NCBI GenBank assembly: GCA_946965045.2 | Contig: OX337237.1 | Coordinates: forward strand, 806,001-870,000 | DNA length: 64,000 nt | Origin: Epithemia pelagica | Lineage: Eukaryota; Protista; Bacillariophyta | Reading direction: 5' to 3' | Shown: one piece after another, positions 1 through 12,602 of the stretch | How positions within the stretch are numbered: the first letter of the stretch is position 1 | Layout: the number at the start of each line of letters is the position of its first letter | Program-made: the position numbers and the translations under genes | Notes under the pieces: model-generated | What the model saw: only the letters and a program-made list of their open reading frames with translations | The model's database searches: none | Told to the model about the DNA's origin: nothing

Positions 1-2383
1 AACAATGATGCATATTCCGCTTGTAACACCACCATAGTGTTGTCGTTTACGGGTGCTCTGTGATCCTTTGATGGTTTGGGGGTGGAGCTGTCAAAAAAGA
101 TTTTGTCACGCGACAAAATATTTCATTCAGTAAAAGATTATGATGAAACCACTCAAGGGAATACGTTACAAGTACAAAAGAGAAGCTATCCTAACCGCCA
201 GCATGGGATTCGACCGAGATCGCACCGGATTGTTATTGGCGGCGGCAGGAGCGACGGCTTTCGCCTTTGCGGTTGTCTTTTACCCCCATCTGGCTCAATG
301 GGCCAAGTCTTGGCTGCATCTTTGGTTTTTGCCCCGTGGGTTATTATGTTGTACATGAGCTTGGTGGACATTTACGGAAAATCAAGTGTGGATTTTGAAG
401 ATGCTGGCCTTGTGCAGACGATGCCCTTATCTATACCACCTTGTGTTTTTTGGCTAGCATTCGCGGAATGAAGAAACGTCGTTAACTGCGAAATGGACAA
501 TACCCTCTTTTGGGGTTGTCGGACATCAAACTATTCTACAGACGACAATCAAACTATTCTTCTCACGAAATTCTTTTGGATCTGCTACTTTTGATCGATT
601 TAGATGTGATTGTGGGTTTGGTTTGGATACAGGCTGTTGGATTCCTCTGCTTCGTACAGGGCCAACTTGTGACCATGCTTCACTCTAGATCTCTAACTTT
701 GCCATGAAGGCACTGATAGCTGCGGCCCTATCCGAGCGAGACTTGGAATTTTGAAGAAAGTTGACGTCCGAGTCCTTGAGAAAGTCGACGCCCTCGATGA
801 TTACAACACTGGCAATAAGACCGGCTTTGATAATTTGGCCCTCTACTTCTGGTTGACTCGCAATAGCTGTCGGAACCCCGCAGAGTGTGAATACGACAAA
901 AAGATGGGTAAGAAAAGACAATGCATTTTCTCCCACAAATAAGGACAATGCCACGATCAATCATGGTTGCCTACCTGCAAGGCCCTCCTTCCAGGTTTCT
1001 CCCAACCCAATGCCTGCGCCTTGCAATGGAAAGTCATCACCGCCGCTCACAGGGCCGAACCAGTCCCCAGCGAATTGATTCTGCGCCGTCTTATCAGTGA
1101 ACTGTTGTTTTTCCACAGCCTCCGTCTGACGGAGAGAAGGTTCTTGTACTTCTGCGTCAACACCGAGGCTGGCAAAACACAAGACAAGAACAACCAGAAG
1201 GACCAGGAAAAGAGGACGGGAGGAACAAAGACTCTGGATTCGACCACTCTTGGTTTGCTCTGACAGATATTGGATACTTGTAGTCTTTTTGTGCGCTCAA
1301 AGTTTTGGATTTCAATTTCCGGTAAGTGTCTGCTTTGGCGATCCACATATAATAGGATAGCTCGATCGCTCCGTCAGTCCTCTGTAGAGAACGAGTGGCA
1401 TGCTTCTTCTCTGCTGGGGGTGTGTTCCGATCTTTCCAAGGCCACCGGGTGCTCGGAACGATGTTGCCCTTTTTCGGCGTACATTTAGTGTTGTTGTGAT
1501 CTCGTAGTTTTGGAATTCAATTCCCGGTATGTGTCTGGTTTGTCGATGCGTCAAAACTTGGATTGCTCCATCGTTCCGGTGTTCCTTTTACGAGAGAGGG
1601 ACATGCTGTTCCTTTCTCTGCCCTCTTCTCTAATAGTAGGGCCTTTGGTCCGATCTTTCAAAGGCCAACGAGTAGTACGGCCATTACCCACACAAGGTTC
1701 TATGCCGAGGCGAGGCCGCATCCAGAAACGGTCCATGTGCGTTTGGAGCCGCGGGCTCGTTCGGAATCTCCAATTTTCAATTTTCTCAAAATGTGACCCG
1801 AAAAATTCAATGTAGATGGAATGTCCGCGGAAGCGAACATCGAGCGCATTCTCTTGCATTCCCATGGTCATTTTCTACTCCTAATAAATACTCCTACGCA
1901 AAATATAGCTATGGCCCCTATACCTCAAACCTCAACGGTTTTTTAAAGGAGCGTCCAAGGTGCGACCTCTTACGACTTGGTAAGCGACCAAGACTGACTC
2001 ATTCGCAAAATCGAGACAGAACATTCCCAATTTGCGTTCGTCGTCGTCTCTCTTCCTTGTGTGGTGGTGTCCAATATACTTGTTGCGTTTGTTGTTGTGG
2101 ACGTGTAGGCGGAGACTGGTGCGAGATCAGAGAAAAAGTCAGCAACAAGACTCTCTGGGGAACCCAAGCGGAGGAGCGACGAACGAGTGAGATTGTGCGC
2201 AAGAGCAGGTACTTACTTTGTTGGCTCAAGAGTGTGAAGGACCACCAAGTCTCTCTCTATTATTCGATTCGAGAGAATTGTTGTCTCTTGTGTGGTGGCT
2301 GGATTATTCCGTTGGAAGAATCCCCAAGACTCCAAGCAATCATTGAACATCGTTTCAATCCACGGCAGTGACTGTCGGTACCC

Positions 2384-5300
2384 ATGACGCAAACCATGAC
2401 CTCGTTGCGGTGCACATCCAGGTCATTCCTGGTTCTCTTGATCGTCCTCGTTTGGAGTGGATTGGTCGCAACCAATGTACAAGCCTTTGTGCCTCTTCCT
2501 CCTCGTCACAATCTACAAAGTAACAATGTTGTTAGGCGCCAGTATGCCACTCCCCCCACGGACACGAATTGGTTGGAATTGCCACCCTCCTTGGCCACAT
2601 GGTGGTCGGAACAAGCGTCGTCGGGTGCTGCTGCCGCACATTCGTCGTCGTCGTCATCATTTTCGAGTTTGGGGGATCCTCTGGTTGGCCTCCAAACACT
2701 TGCAGCGTCGCTTCCCGGTCTCTCGAGTCTTCCTCCGGAATGGCACGATTTGGCCTCCTTGGCCTTGACACCCTGGCATGTGGAAATTGTCGTGGTGGTG
2801 ACCGTAATGAGCAGTCTCTTGTATTGGTTGCAGCTCCCAGAACACTACGACGAGGCACCCTACGAACCCGGTACCACCACGTACAATCCCCTCAAAGCCC
2901 AGGAGTTTTATCAACAACGTCCCGGCATGGTCCTCAAACGAATTTTGCGACTGGCCCTCTTGACGGGATCCTTCAATGTCGGCCTGGTGTGGGATTGGCT
3001 CGTCTTGGGCAAATTGTTGCGCGATGACAACTTTACCGCGCTCAAGGCGGCCGAACCGCAACGAGCCAAGACGGCCTTGCGCTTGTGCGAACAACTTGGT
3101 CCGACCTTTATCAAATTGGGACAAGCATTGAGTATTCGCACCGATTTGATTCCCGAAGCCTATGCCCTCGAATTGCGATCCTTGCAAGATGCCGTTCCAC
3201 CCTTTGATAGTACCACGGCCCGACAAGTGTTGCAACAGGAATTGCGCGTCACCGACTTGTCCACCGTCTTTGCCAGTCTCTCGTCAGAACCCGTTGCATC
3301 CGCGTCGATTGGACAAGTCTACAAGGGTACCTTGGCGAGTAAGCCGGACCAAGAAGTGGCCGTCAAGGTGCAACGACCGGGCATTTTGGCCGAAATTGCC
3401 TTGGATTTGTACGTTCTAAGACTCTTGACACCCCTCCAAACACGGTTTCAAAATCTCGTCAATGGCGTCGCCACGACACCCAAGGAATTGGAATTGGCCG
3501 TGGCCTTGGTCGATGAATGGGGTCGAGGCTTTGTCGCCGAAACGGATTATCGACTCGAGGCGCGCAATACCCAAGATTTTCAAGTCGCCATGGAATCTCG
3601 CCAGTTACATGCCGTGTGTGCCCCAACCGTTGTGGCCGATTTGGTGACGGACCGGGTCTTGGTCACGGAATGGGTCACGGGCACACGATTGGATCGCGAT
3701 GCCTCGCCCGATGTCCCCCGACTCTGCGGTGTGGCCATTAATGCCTATCTGACCATGCTCCTCGATACCGGAGTCTTGCATTGCGATCCTCATCCCGGTA
3801 CGTTTTTGTGAGATTGTGATGTGGTGGTGCTGTTGTTGTTGTTGCGGAGAGTAGTATATACTTGCAAAGACCGGACATTGGAACGATCATTTCTTACACA
3901 GCGCTATTGGATTCTCTCCATTGAAACCCACCCTCATTCTTATTATTATTCGATGAAACTTTTGGCTTATTCCCAGGCAACTTGCTTCGTACCACGGATG
4001 GAAAGTTGTGTGTGTTGGATTGGGGCATGACCTTGCAGGTTCCCGACAATTTGCAATATGCCCTGCTGGAATTGATTGCCCATATCAATGTCGAAAATTA
4101 CGAGGCCATTCCGCAAGATTTTATCAATTTGGGATTTTCCCCCGAGGGCGTCACGGCCGATCGATTGAAACAATCGGGCATTACCGAAGGATTGACCTTT
4201 GCCTTTCGACAATTGAGTGCCGGTGGGGGACCCAAGAAAATTCAAGAACGAGTCAAGGCCGAATTTCAAGAACGGTACGTAACACAATGGAAGTGAAAGA
4301 ATGAAAGCACTGCTGGGATTTCTCACAAGTGTGTCGCTGGGATTCTGTAGATACGGTGCGGAACTGTCCGATAACGAACTCCGTGAAGCGGCACGAGCCG
4401 AAATGCTGGAACGCATGGAAGCGCAATTGGCTTCGGAAGGAGTCGATGTCAAGGGTGTGACGAATATTATGGAAGAAATGTCCAAACGAAACCGTGAATT
4501 CTTCCAATTGCCACCCTATGTCCTTTATGTCGCCCGTGCCTTTTCCACCTTGGAAGGAATTGGCCTGAGTATTGACGAGAACTATGCCATTGTACAGGAA
4601 TGCTATCCGTACCTCGCCCGACGCTTGTTTACCGACCGTTCGCCACGGGCCAAGCGGGCGTTGCGGGCCATGTTGGGATTATCCGAAGACGCCGAACAGG
4701 AACAACCTCTGGCGTCGCAACAGACAACGACTTCGGCGCTCTCGTTTGTACAGAATGGAGCCGCTTCGGCCGTGGCAGGTGCGGATACCGACCAGACTGG
4801 GTCCAGCAACTCCTTGTCTCCCGGAAAACTGATTGAAATGTCACAAGGCTTTGCGTCCTACACGGCCGCGACCGCCAATGTCGACCGGGATGGAGCCGGC
4901 CAACAAGAGGCCATTCGTGAATTGGCCAAACTCATTCTCCTGAGTCCAAAAGGGTCCACTATTCAAGATATTTTGGTGGAAGAATCGGCTCGGTTGGGTG
5001 ACGCCGCTACACGAGCCGCCTTGCGCAGGGCCTTGTTGGAGAATCCGGCCGCACAGGTTGCCAAGGCAGCACTTCAAACACCCAAGCAGATTTTGGAGCA
5101 ATTCCAGCCCTTGGGACGGATCCTTCCTGGTCCATTGAAAAAAGCCTTGGTGGATCGTCCCTCGGAACTACCAGAGCTGTTGGAAGCCCTCTTGGCCAGC
5201 AACAGTGAAGACGAAACTGTCTTGGCCACGGCTGCGGAACTGCGGGATGCCTTGGTTGCTCTATTTCAAGAAAATATGGAGGACTTGAGGCCCAACGGAT

Positions 5301-5617
5301 CTGGTGGCAATTCTCCGGAAAGTTTGCAACAAATGGCCGCATCGCTCGCTCAAACAGTCGGCAGAAGCGATGATGGAAACACCAATGCCAGTCTCGATCT
5401 CATGGCGCAACGAGAACGTTTGAATTCTCTTGTGACAGAGGAATTGCCAGGCGTGGCCGCTTTGGGACGTCGTTTGGGCGCTGGCTTACTACGAAGAGCC
5501 GCCTACCGCGCCGATCAGAGTACGGTTCTTCCAGAAGCGACGCGGAAAACCCTGGTGGATGCCAATCGACGATTAGCGACAGCGGTAGACGTGGATGACA
5601 GTAATGACCAAGAATAG
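2384..5617 (+). CDS. ABC1K: ABC1/UbiB atypical protein kinase, probably plastid-targeted; 3 exons (introns 3798-3976, 4275-4350)
   Basis: Motifs LGPTFIKLGQALSIRTDL, LQDAVPPF, PVASASIGQVYKG, VAVKVQRP, LHCDPHPGNLL (joined across a GT-AG intron), VLDWGM, FQLPPY..RAFSTLEG. N-terminal hydrophobic signal followed by VQA|FVP resembles the diatom ASAFAP presequence. Confidence 0.92.
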
Positions 5618-5776
5618 ACATGTTATTATACTTTTATCAATCATTGTCATTGGTAGACTGCAGGCATCTCATTGGGTCTTTCTACATATCGCAACGGCAA
5701 AATGAGGGAGGAGTACAATGTCCTTCATTTCAGCATAAAATAATGGGTCATTTTTCCACAAGTATCATCCAGTGCC

Positions 5777-6985
5777 CTAACATTCAATCAAATTCTTGCA
5801 ACGAAGGACCCAATCAAATTCTTGCAATGAAGGACCATCCAACAAAAGCTTGTACACGGCAGAGTTCTTGTCCACCAACGGAAGCCTTTCAGATTTAGAG
5901 GTCTGCCCGGATGGCATGTCACCTCCAAGAACAACAATTTCATTGGAAACAACAACTGCTGCGCTAAACTCGCTTTGAGATTCCCTAAATTCAGGAAGGC
6001 TCCAGACTGTATTGCGTTTCGTGTCAAAAACCTCCACGGAACGCACTCCATCGTCAGCTTCGCCAGTAAAATCAAGAACTCGAGGGTCACGACTACCTCC
6101 GACCACAACCAGGCAAGATCCAACGCGGACAACAGAATAACACACACGAAGAACCAGATCCTTGTGCATTTTCCATGACAACGAAGATGCAAGGGTCGAT
6201 TCTTCATCATCTCTGCCATCATTGCCCGAATCGGTCAACAAGTCGAAGTATTCGACTGGAGTTAACTCCTCTTTTCTTCCAATAATCTCACACAATCCAC
6301 CAACAGCGTAGACACGCGAACCAATGGCGGCCATCCCAAAATAACTACGAGGAACATTCAGGGATGGTCCCTGGAAAATGAAAGGTTGACTTGCTTGAGA
6401 TATGTCAAGAATATCCACATTTCCATTTTTTCCTCCACCAATTACGATATACCTGTTTTGGACAACAGCAGCTGAGGACGACCATGCGTGCGTAGTAGAC
6501 AAACGGCACTCCAATGTTTTCCATGGTGTTTCCTTCTCAGTCTTGTTCAAATTAGCACTTGATAGTAAATCTGAGACTTGAATCCGCTCAATGGAATCCA
6601 GCATCCCTCCTCCAATGGCATAGACATAGCCATTACAGACAACCGCTGCAAGTCCTTCTCGCCGTTCATTCATCTTGGGACCTCTTGGATGTTGCTTGTG
6701 TGTGCTTCCATCACCATGGAAAAGAAGCACCGATTGAGTAACCTTATCAGTCGAATGGTTGGACCGAGAGGGCCTTTGGCCTCCCAAAACGACGATAACT
6801 TCTTCGCTTTCATCATGGGGAACATGTACGACTACCAATGCGTGTTCCCAACGTTGACACACTCCAGATGGGTTTGTAATCCATTGTGGTTCTTCTTGAT
6901 TGTTGCCCAAAACGAGTCCGGACAAACGTGCCTGCTCTTTCATGTCCTGCATCGTAACGCTGTGCCTTCTACATTCAATGGACAA
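5777..6985 (-). CDS. Kelch-repeat beta-propeller protein (first ATG at 6952)
   Basis: Repeated Kelch motifs: GPKMNERREGLAAVVCNGYVYAIGG, GPSLNVPRSYFGMAAIGSRVYAVGG, LVVVGG..VEVFDTKRNTVW. Confidence 0.85.
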   Translation of the reverse strand: MSIECRRHSVTMQDMKEQARLSGLVLGNNQEEPQWITNPSGVCQRWEHALVVVHVPHDESEEVIVVLGGQRPSRSNHSTDKVTQSVLLFHGDGSTHKQHPRGPKMNERREGLAAVVCNGYVYAIGGGMLDSIERIQVSDLLSSANLNKTEKETPWKTLECRLSTTHAWSSSAAVVQNRYIVIGGGKNGNVDILDISQASQPFIFQGPSLNVPRSYFGMAAIGSRVYAVGGLCEIIGRKEELTPVEYFDLLTDSGNDGRDDEESTLASSLSWKMHKDLVLRVCYSVVRVGSCLVVVGGSRDPRVLDFTGEADDGVRSVEVFDTKRNTVWSLPEFRESQSEFSAAVVVSNEIVVLGGDMPSGQTSKSERLPLVDKNSAVYKLLLDGPSLQEFDWVLRCKNLIEC

Positions 6986-7664
6986 TATGAAACGTTCCAG
7001 TTGGAATGGGTGGTAAAGGGATTATGTTCTTGTTGCTGTTGTTGTTGCTTCGCTTCTCCGTTATTTTTCAAGTTTTGGTGAAAAGTATGCGCTTCGATCG
7101 TGGACTAGCACGTTTTCGTGGGATTGAGGTCCAAATACATAACATAAACCAGATTCAGTTCCGTTCTACTGAATCGTCCGAACCTCTAGCATTTCATCTT
7201 TCCATGACGTAATAGACATTGCTACTGCTGTATTCCTTGTTCTGTAGTGGCTCTATCGCTTGTTGTTGAGTAAAGTTCGAATAATGCCAGGATCTCTCTC
7301 TTCTTGTGGTTCTTGCAATGCAGACCTTTCTGCATTGATCCATTGGCGCAACTCACAAAGCATGTTTGTATGCTAGGATTGTCCTTGCTACCACTACTCA
7401 CTTGAGCACATGTAGAGTCTCCGTTCTTGTCCGAGGGAGGACGATGAGTCCAAGACTGCTTTTTGTTCATGTGTTTGGACGACCCAAGAATTTTGTTGCA
7501 GTTGCCGATCGAACCTAGCGGTGTGTGGTATAGGGTCAACACGTTAGCAAGCACAGTAAAGGAGTTACTGGTGGTGGTATGTAGGAGTTGCCAGCGGTTG
7601 CGATCCCAAGTCCCAACCTCGCAACTGTGGACGTCTCATGGTTGTGTATTGGAACACATCGTTC

Positions 7665-10600
7665 TCATACCAAGGGAAGTGCCAATTGTTGCGGTCCCAG
7701 TCCAGGCACGGCATTGAGTAGATTGCGTCCCTCTCGAGGAATGATTTGGTTCATGGTTCGTTGGTAAATGTCACCATAGTTGCCAACCAACGAGATGCAA
7801 TCGACAAAGGCTTGTCGCATGGCATCGCCAAACAAGGAAAGAGCCGGTATTCGGGTGGCTGTGGATTGCGAAAGTTCCTCTTCTTCGGCATAAATCAAAG
7901 CCATGATCAGCCAATTCACCAATCCAGAAAACAAGGCATCGTCGTTCCGCGTCGCCAACCCGTACACTCGGTCATTGGCATTGTCGTAGTAGTGTGGCGT
8001 TGACAAGACCCACGATGGCCCATCCGTCGTTGGTTCCGATACTTGGTCGTCAATGTAATTTGTTCACCCACGACAACATCCACAGTCCCTTCCACCAAGG
8101 CTTGAAATCCCGCCGCTTGGTCAGAAAGAGGCACAATCGTCAAATGACCATCATCCCGATTCCCTTGTCCTTGAAACAAGGCGGCGGTCAAGGCCCGACA
8201 AAATTCGACATCAAAGTCGAACCAGGTTGGATCCTTCCATTCATACACTCCGCACTGAAGAAAGCCTCGTTGTTGCATGGCGGTAATTTTCGGTCAAGGG
8301 TCTACCTGATTGGCATCTGGTCGATCGGGGGATGATCCAGTGAGAGGAAAACTGTACAAGAGACCCGTATTGTCGTCCGTAGTATGCAGTGCATTCAAGC
8401 CACCACGGGGGAACAAGGCTTGCATGGATCGTTCGTACAACTCTCCATAATGTCCTCCGGCCGCCACGGCATACAAGAGACGATCCGCCAAAACCTCATC
8501 CAGGCCGTCGTCGAGCAACGAGCCCAGACTGGTCCGATCGTCACTCGCCAAGGCTTGTTGCGCCATGGCTTGAGTAAGACCCAAACCTTCGGCCACATAC
8601 AGCAGATCCATGACGGAATGGACCAACTGGCTCCATTCCGTGTCGACCGTGCTGCGTGTCGCAATCGCCAGTGGATTCCGTGACAAGAGACTGCTGCTGT
8701 ACGCCACATCCTCCTGATACCCCGCATTGCGAAAGGTTTCGAGACTCAAATCCAACAAGACTTCTCCTACCACAACTTGAACCGTGCCCTTTTTCAATTG
8801 TTGAATACATTGTCCCATCGAATTTTGCGTCACGATCGTAGCCGTCGGCAGGTAGTCCAGAATGACTGCCACATTTTGGACGGTACACACTGAAAGATTT
8901 GTTGGACACTCGTCGATATCGCTGACATTGGTAGTATTATCAATGCAGGCAATCGATTCGGGTCGTCCGGCAAAGCCCAACCCGGAATAATAATAGGGTG
9001 TTGCAAAGGACAGGCCCCGGTCCGCAATGGGCAATCGTATACTTCGTTCCAAGGTTACCGTTGTGGCTTCGGCCAAGACATCAATTTCTCGATTCTCCAA
9101 TTTGGAAAAGCGATTGGGAATGCCCACGGGGACAAATTCGACCCGTGTCGCATCTTGCAACACGACATGGGCCATTGCACGACAGACATCGGCCAAAAGT
9201 CCTTGGACCTTGCCTCCCGACGATGGAGCGGAAAGTCCCGGAGTGGGGAGTTGTACGCCACATAGGACAAGCTGTCGTTCTTGAATGAGTTGCAAGGTCG
9301 AAACAGTATCCAACGGAGGAGGGTTGCCACCTCCTCCCAGTGGTCCCTTTGCAGTGTTAGTGTTGGTGTCGTCTTGGTTGCGATTCCGGAGGGTCAGACC
9401 CAACACAATGGCCACCACGGCGGCCATGACAAAACACACGAGATCCACGACCAATCGCTTTTTGCGACAGGGATAAAACTGACCGTGAGCGTCGTCGTCC
9501 CGGTCATTGTCGTCATCCCGCAAGTGTTGAACGACTTCGGCTTGAACGGCTCGTTGCAAGAGCCGTTGTCCAATTTCCGCTTCCAATTCGGCATCGGTAA
9601 TGCATCGGGCCACGGGTGCACCACCGCCACCACCCGAGGACGACGATGCGGCAATCATTGGTTCATCATCCGGCTTGTCGTCGTCGTCGTCGTTGTCAGT
9701 ATCCTCATTCTCCTGGTCATTGGTCGGTGGTAAATGGTGTGTCGGTCGTGATTGTGGTGTTGGTTGCGAGTCGATCAAAAGGGCCGTGCCGTTGAGACTC
9801 GAGGACCGTGATGAATCTGGGACATTAGGACTCGTAGTGTTGTTTGGCTCCTCTTCCTGGACATGCGGGGCGGCAGCCGTCGTGGTGGTGGCCGTGCCAG
9901 AACGGGTCCGTTTTGTCAAATTCTCTTGCTGCTCTTCTTCTTCTGGTACAGTAGTTGCAGCTGGAGTATTGCTCGTCATGGACAGTGGTGGTTGTTCTGT
10001 TGTGGTTGTTCGGCAGAGGGTGGCACTGATGGTCCAATATTCGTTTTCGTATCATGAGTATTGATGGGTGGAGAGGGTTGAACGCGAAAGGCACCCGGGA
10101 TTCCCGAGGCGACCGAGGAATTGGTGGTGGAGAATCGAGGGTTGGATCCCGGACGGAGGGGATCCAGTTTTTCGAGCCGCGTCATGGTGGTGGTGGTAGG
10201 AGGAGGAGGAGTGCGAGTCGAAGTTCCATTCGTTGCGTTACTCCTGTTAGTTCTTGAAGAAGACGACGACGACGATTCTCCCTCCTTCTTGTTGAGTGTG
10301 GCCGGTGACTCCACCTCCTTTTTGGATATCGAGACCTTACGGGAGGAGGAGGACGATGCTGTAATATTCTTATTGGGTGCTCGGGTCGGATTCTCCGCAC
10401 TGGATGGTTCCGATACTACTGGACTTGGAATATTATTACCAGAGTCGTTGTTGCATGGTTCATCGTGTCGTCTCGCAGTTGTTGCATTCGTCGTCATCGT
10501 AGTTGTAGCCACAACCGCCGCCGAGGCACCTTCTCTTCTTCCATCATGTTGGTGTTGTTGTGTCAAGGCCAAGATACTACTCGTTCGATATTGCAATTCG

Positions 10601-10812
10601 GCCGATTCCTGAATGGCCAATTCGGTTTCATCAAACAAGCGTTCTTCCGTCGCTGTTCTTGTGGTTGTTGCAGTGGCGGCTGCTGCTGCTTGGGATTGTG
10701 GATGAGATTGCGTAGATGGTGGTGAAGATGCTGGTAATGCTGATTGTGTCATGGATGCTGGTTCGTTCATAGGAGGATCATGATCATCATGATGATTGGA
10801 CGATTCACTCAT
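7665..10812 (-). pseudogene. Type-II membrane protein with two AapJ/BztA-like amino-acid periplasmic-binding domains; 3 frameshifts
   Basis: Disordered N-terminus with PGAFRVQ and VQAEVV, then TM (LVCFVMAAVVAIVLGLTL). PBP1: IQERQLVLCGV, DVCRAMA, RFSKLENREIDVL, FATPYYYSG, GHYGELYERS, PRGGLN. PBP2 is split over ORFs 7916-8278 and 7665-8006 (FDVEFCRAL, GNYGDIYQR, PREGRN). Frame breaks near 10000, 8290 and 8000. Confidence 0.75.
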
Positions 10813-12602
10813 GGTTCGGTCCTCCAGTGTCACTCGAAATCCGTTTTCGTTTCGCTCTCTCTTGTTCGTGTAACCTGTTGTTGTTTTTGCGACAACTTTG
10901 GAGGAGAGAGAGCTTTGTGTTCCCCGCTCTTGTGTCTTCCAACTCTTGTGTCTTCCAACTCTTGTGTTGCCTTTTTGCGGATAAAATTTTGGAACGTGGC
11001 TAAGAATAAGGAGAATGAATCAATCAATCCATTCAATCTCTCTTTCTCTCGGTCTGTTCTGGACACCAACAAAACCAACCAACCAATTCTACATACGCTC
11101 TCTGTACTCGAACACACAAACGCAAGAGATGGTGGTGCGTCAAGAGATCATCTCTCCATTGCACCTCTCTTTTGAAACGTGACCAGCCATCACATTTCCC
11201 CACTGGCTCGATGTTTCCATGCACTTTTGTTGTTCAGTGCTGTGTGTGGTCAGTGTCACAAAATGTAAACCCTATAGGTCCAATCCTTAAATCCTTCGAC
11301 ATCTTGTACGACTTCTTTGATGAAGCCTTCCACCTCTACGCGCTTGAGATTACACGAAGCATGACCACGCAAGCCGACATCTCCTGCGTGACTGTGACAC
11401 CCTCTTGCACTATTGCCCACAGAAGCCATCCGCCCCGACGCCGCACGAGTGCGATACGGACGAGATTCGATGCCACAAGGAACTTTTTGCTATATCGTAA
11501 GTCGTAAGCATAGGTAAGGTTTCCGGTGTACGAATGTCGAAACAAGAAGAAGAAGAAGCTACCTGAAGACGCTGGAGTTTCGTCGCCGTGTGTCCGCAGT
11601 CCTGGCTCCAAGAACTCCGTCACCTGTGGGTTGCCGACCTCGAATACAATAGGTAGTTGTTTGTTGTTATGGATGGTAGGGTTTTGTCCCGGGAAACTCT
11701 CCTTTTTTGCACTGAACCATTGACACAATGGATTGGTTTTTGCACCACCTCTTGTCGTTGGATTCTCCCAACCGAGAACTCACCCTATCCTTTTGTGGAC
11801 TCGTGTGTTTTTACTTTCAAAAGGACGCCATGTCCATAGTCCAACTCTCTCGTTGGGACATTCCTCCTCGGATCATTCGCATTCTTGTAGACTCTCTTGT
11901 TGGCCACGAATCCAACACCCTGCAGCAGCAGCAACGACAACAACACCAATTGGGTGCCCACTGCAAACGGAAATGCAACGTATCGTTGCACGTATTTGGA
12001 CCAGTTCTTTCCATGTATGTATAGAGAGAGGTAGTTTGCCAATCGAATATGACCATCCAAAGACGAGATCTCCATTCCGTATAATCTATACAGTGTAGTA
12101 CCATCAAAAGGGGCCTCCTCGGGTCAAGTCGAATCGCCGCTTCATCATCCAAAGTAGGGAGTGATTATCGAGTCCAAAACGTCCAGGGCAAGGATTCCAG
12201 TCGTTGTGACGGAGGCCTTCAATACTCAAAAAGGCACAGTCGGACGGCAAACTCATTTTGTCGTGCATAGGCAGTTTCACCAAAAGAGCACACGAACTGC
12301 CACCCTTCATCAGGCGGTCCCACAGAATATCGTACAGTCTATCGGGAAGGAATCCAACACCCAGGGTGTGGTTCGAATCATTGTTGTTGTTGTTGCAAAG
12401 CCTCCAACCATTCACAAGATACAACCCGTCTGGTAGACTGATCCGACAAGATCAGAGTGGTATACCCAGTTGTATTATAATGAGCCAGTCGAAGCAAGGG
12501 CACCAGCTTTTAAGGAGGAGTAGATAATCCCATTATGAGATCATTGGTGTTCTTCCTCCACGATGGGTGATTCCGTTTCGTTCCTCAGTTCCAATCACGA
12601 CG

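Noticed and set aside
685-1346. Secreted Cys-rich protein assembled from minus-strand ORFs
   Set aside because: The pieces are in different frames with intervening stops and have no recognisable family.
5786-5840. ~27-bp tandem duplication at the Kelch gene 3' end
   Set aside because: In-frame, near the terminus and probably neutral.
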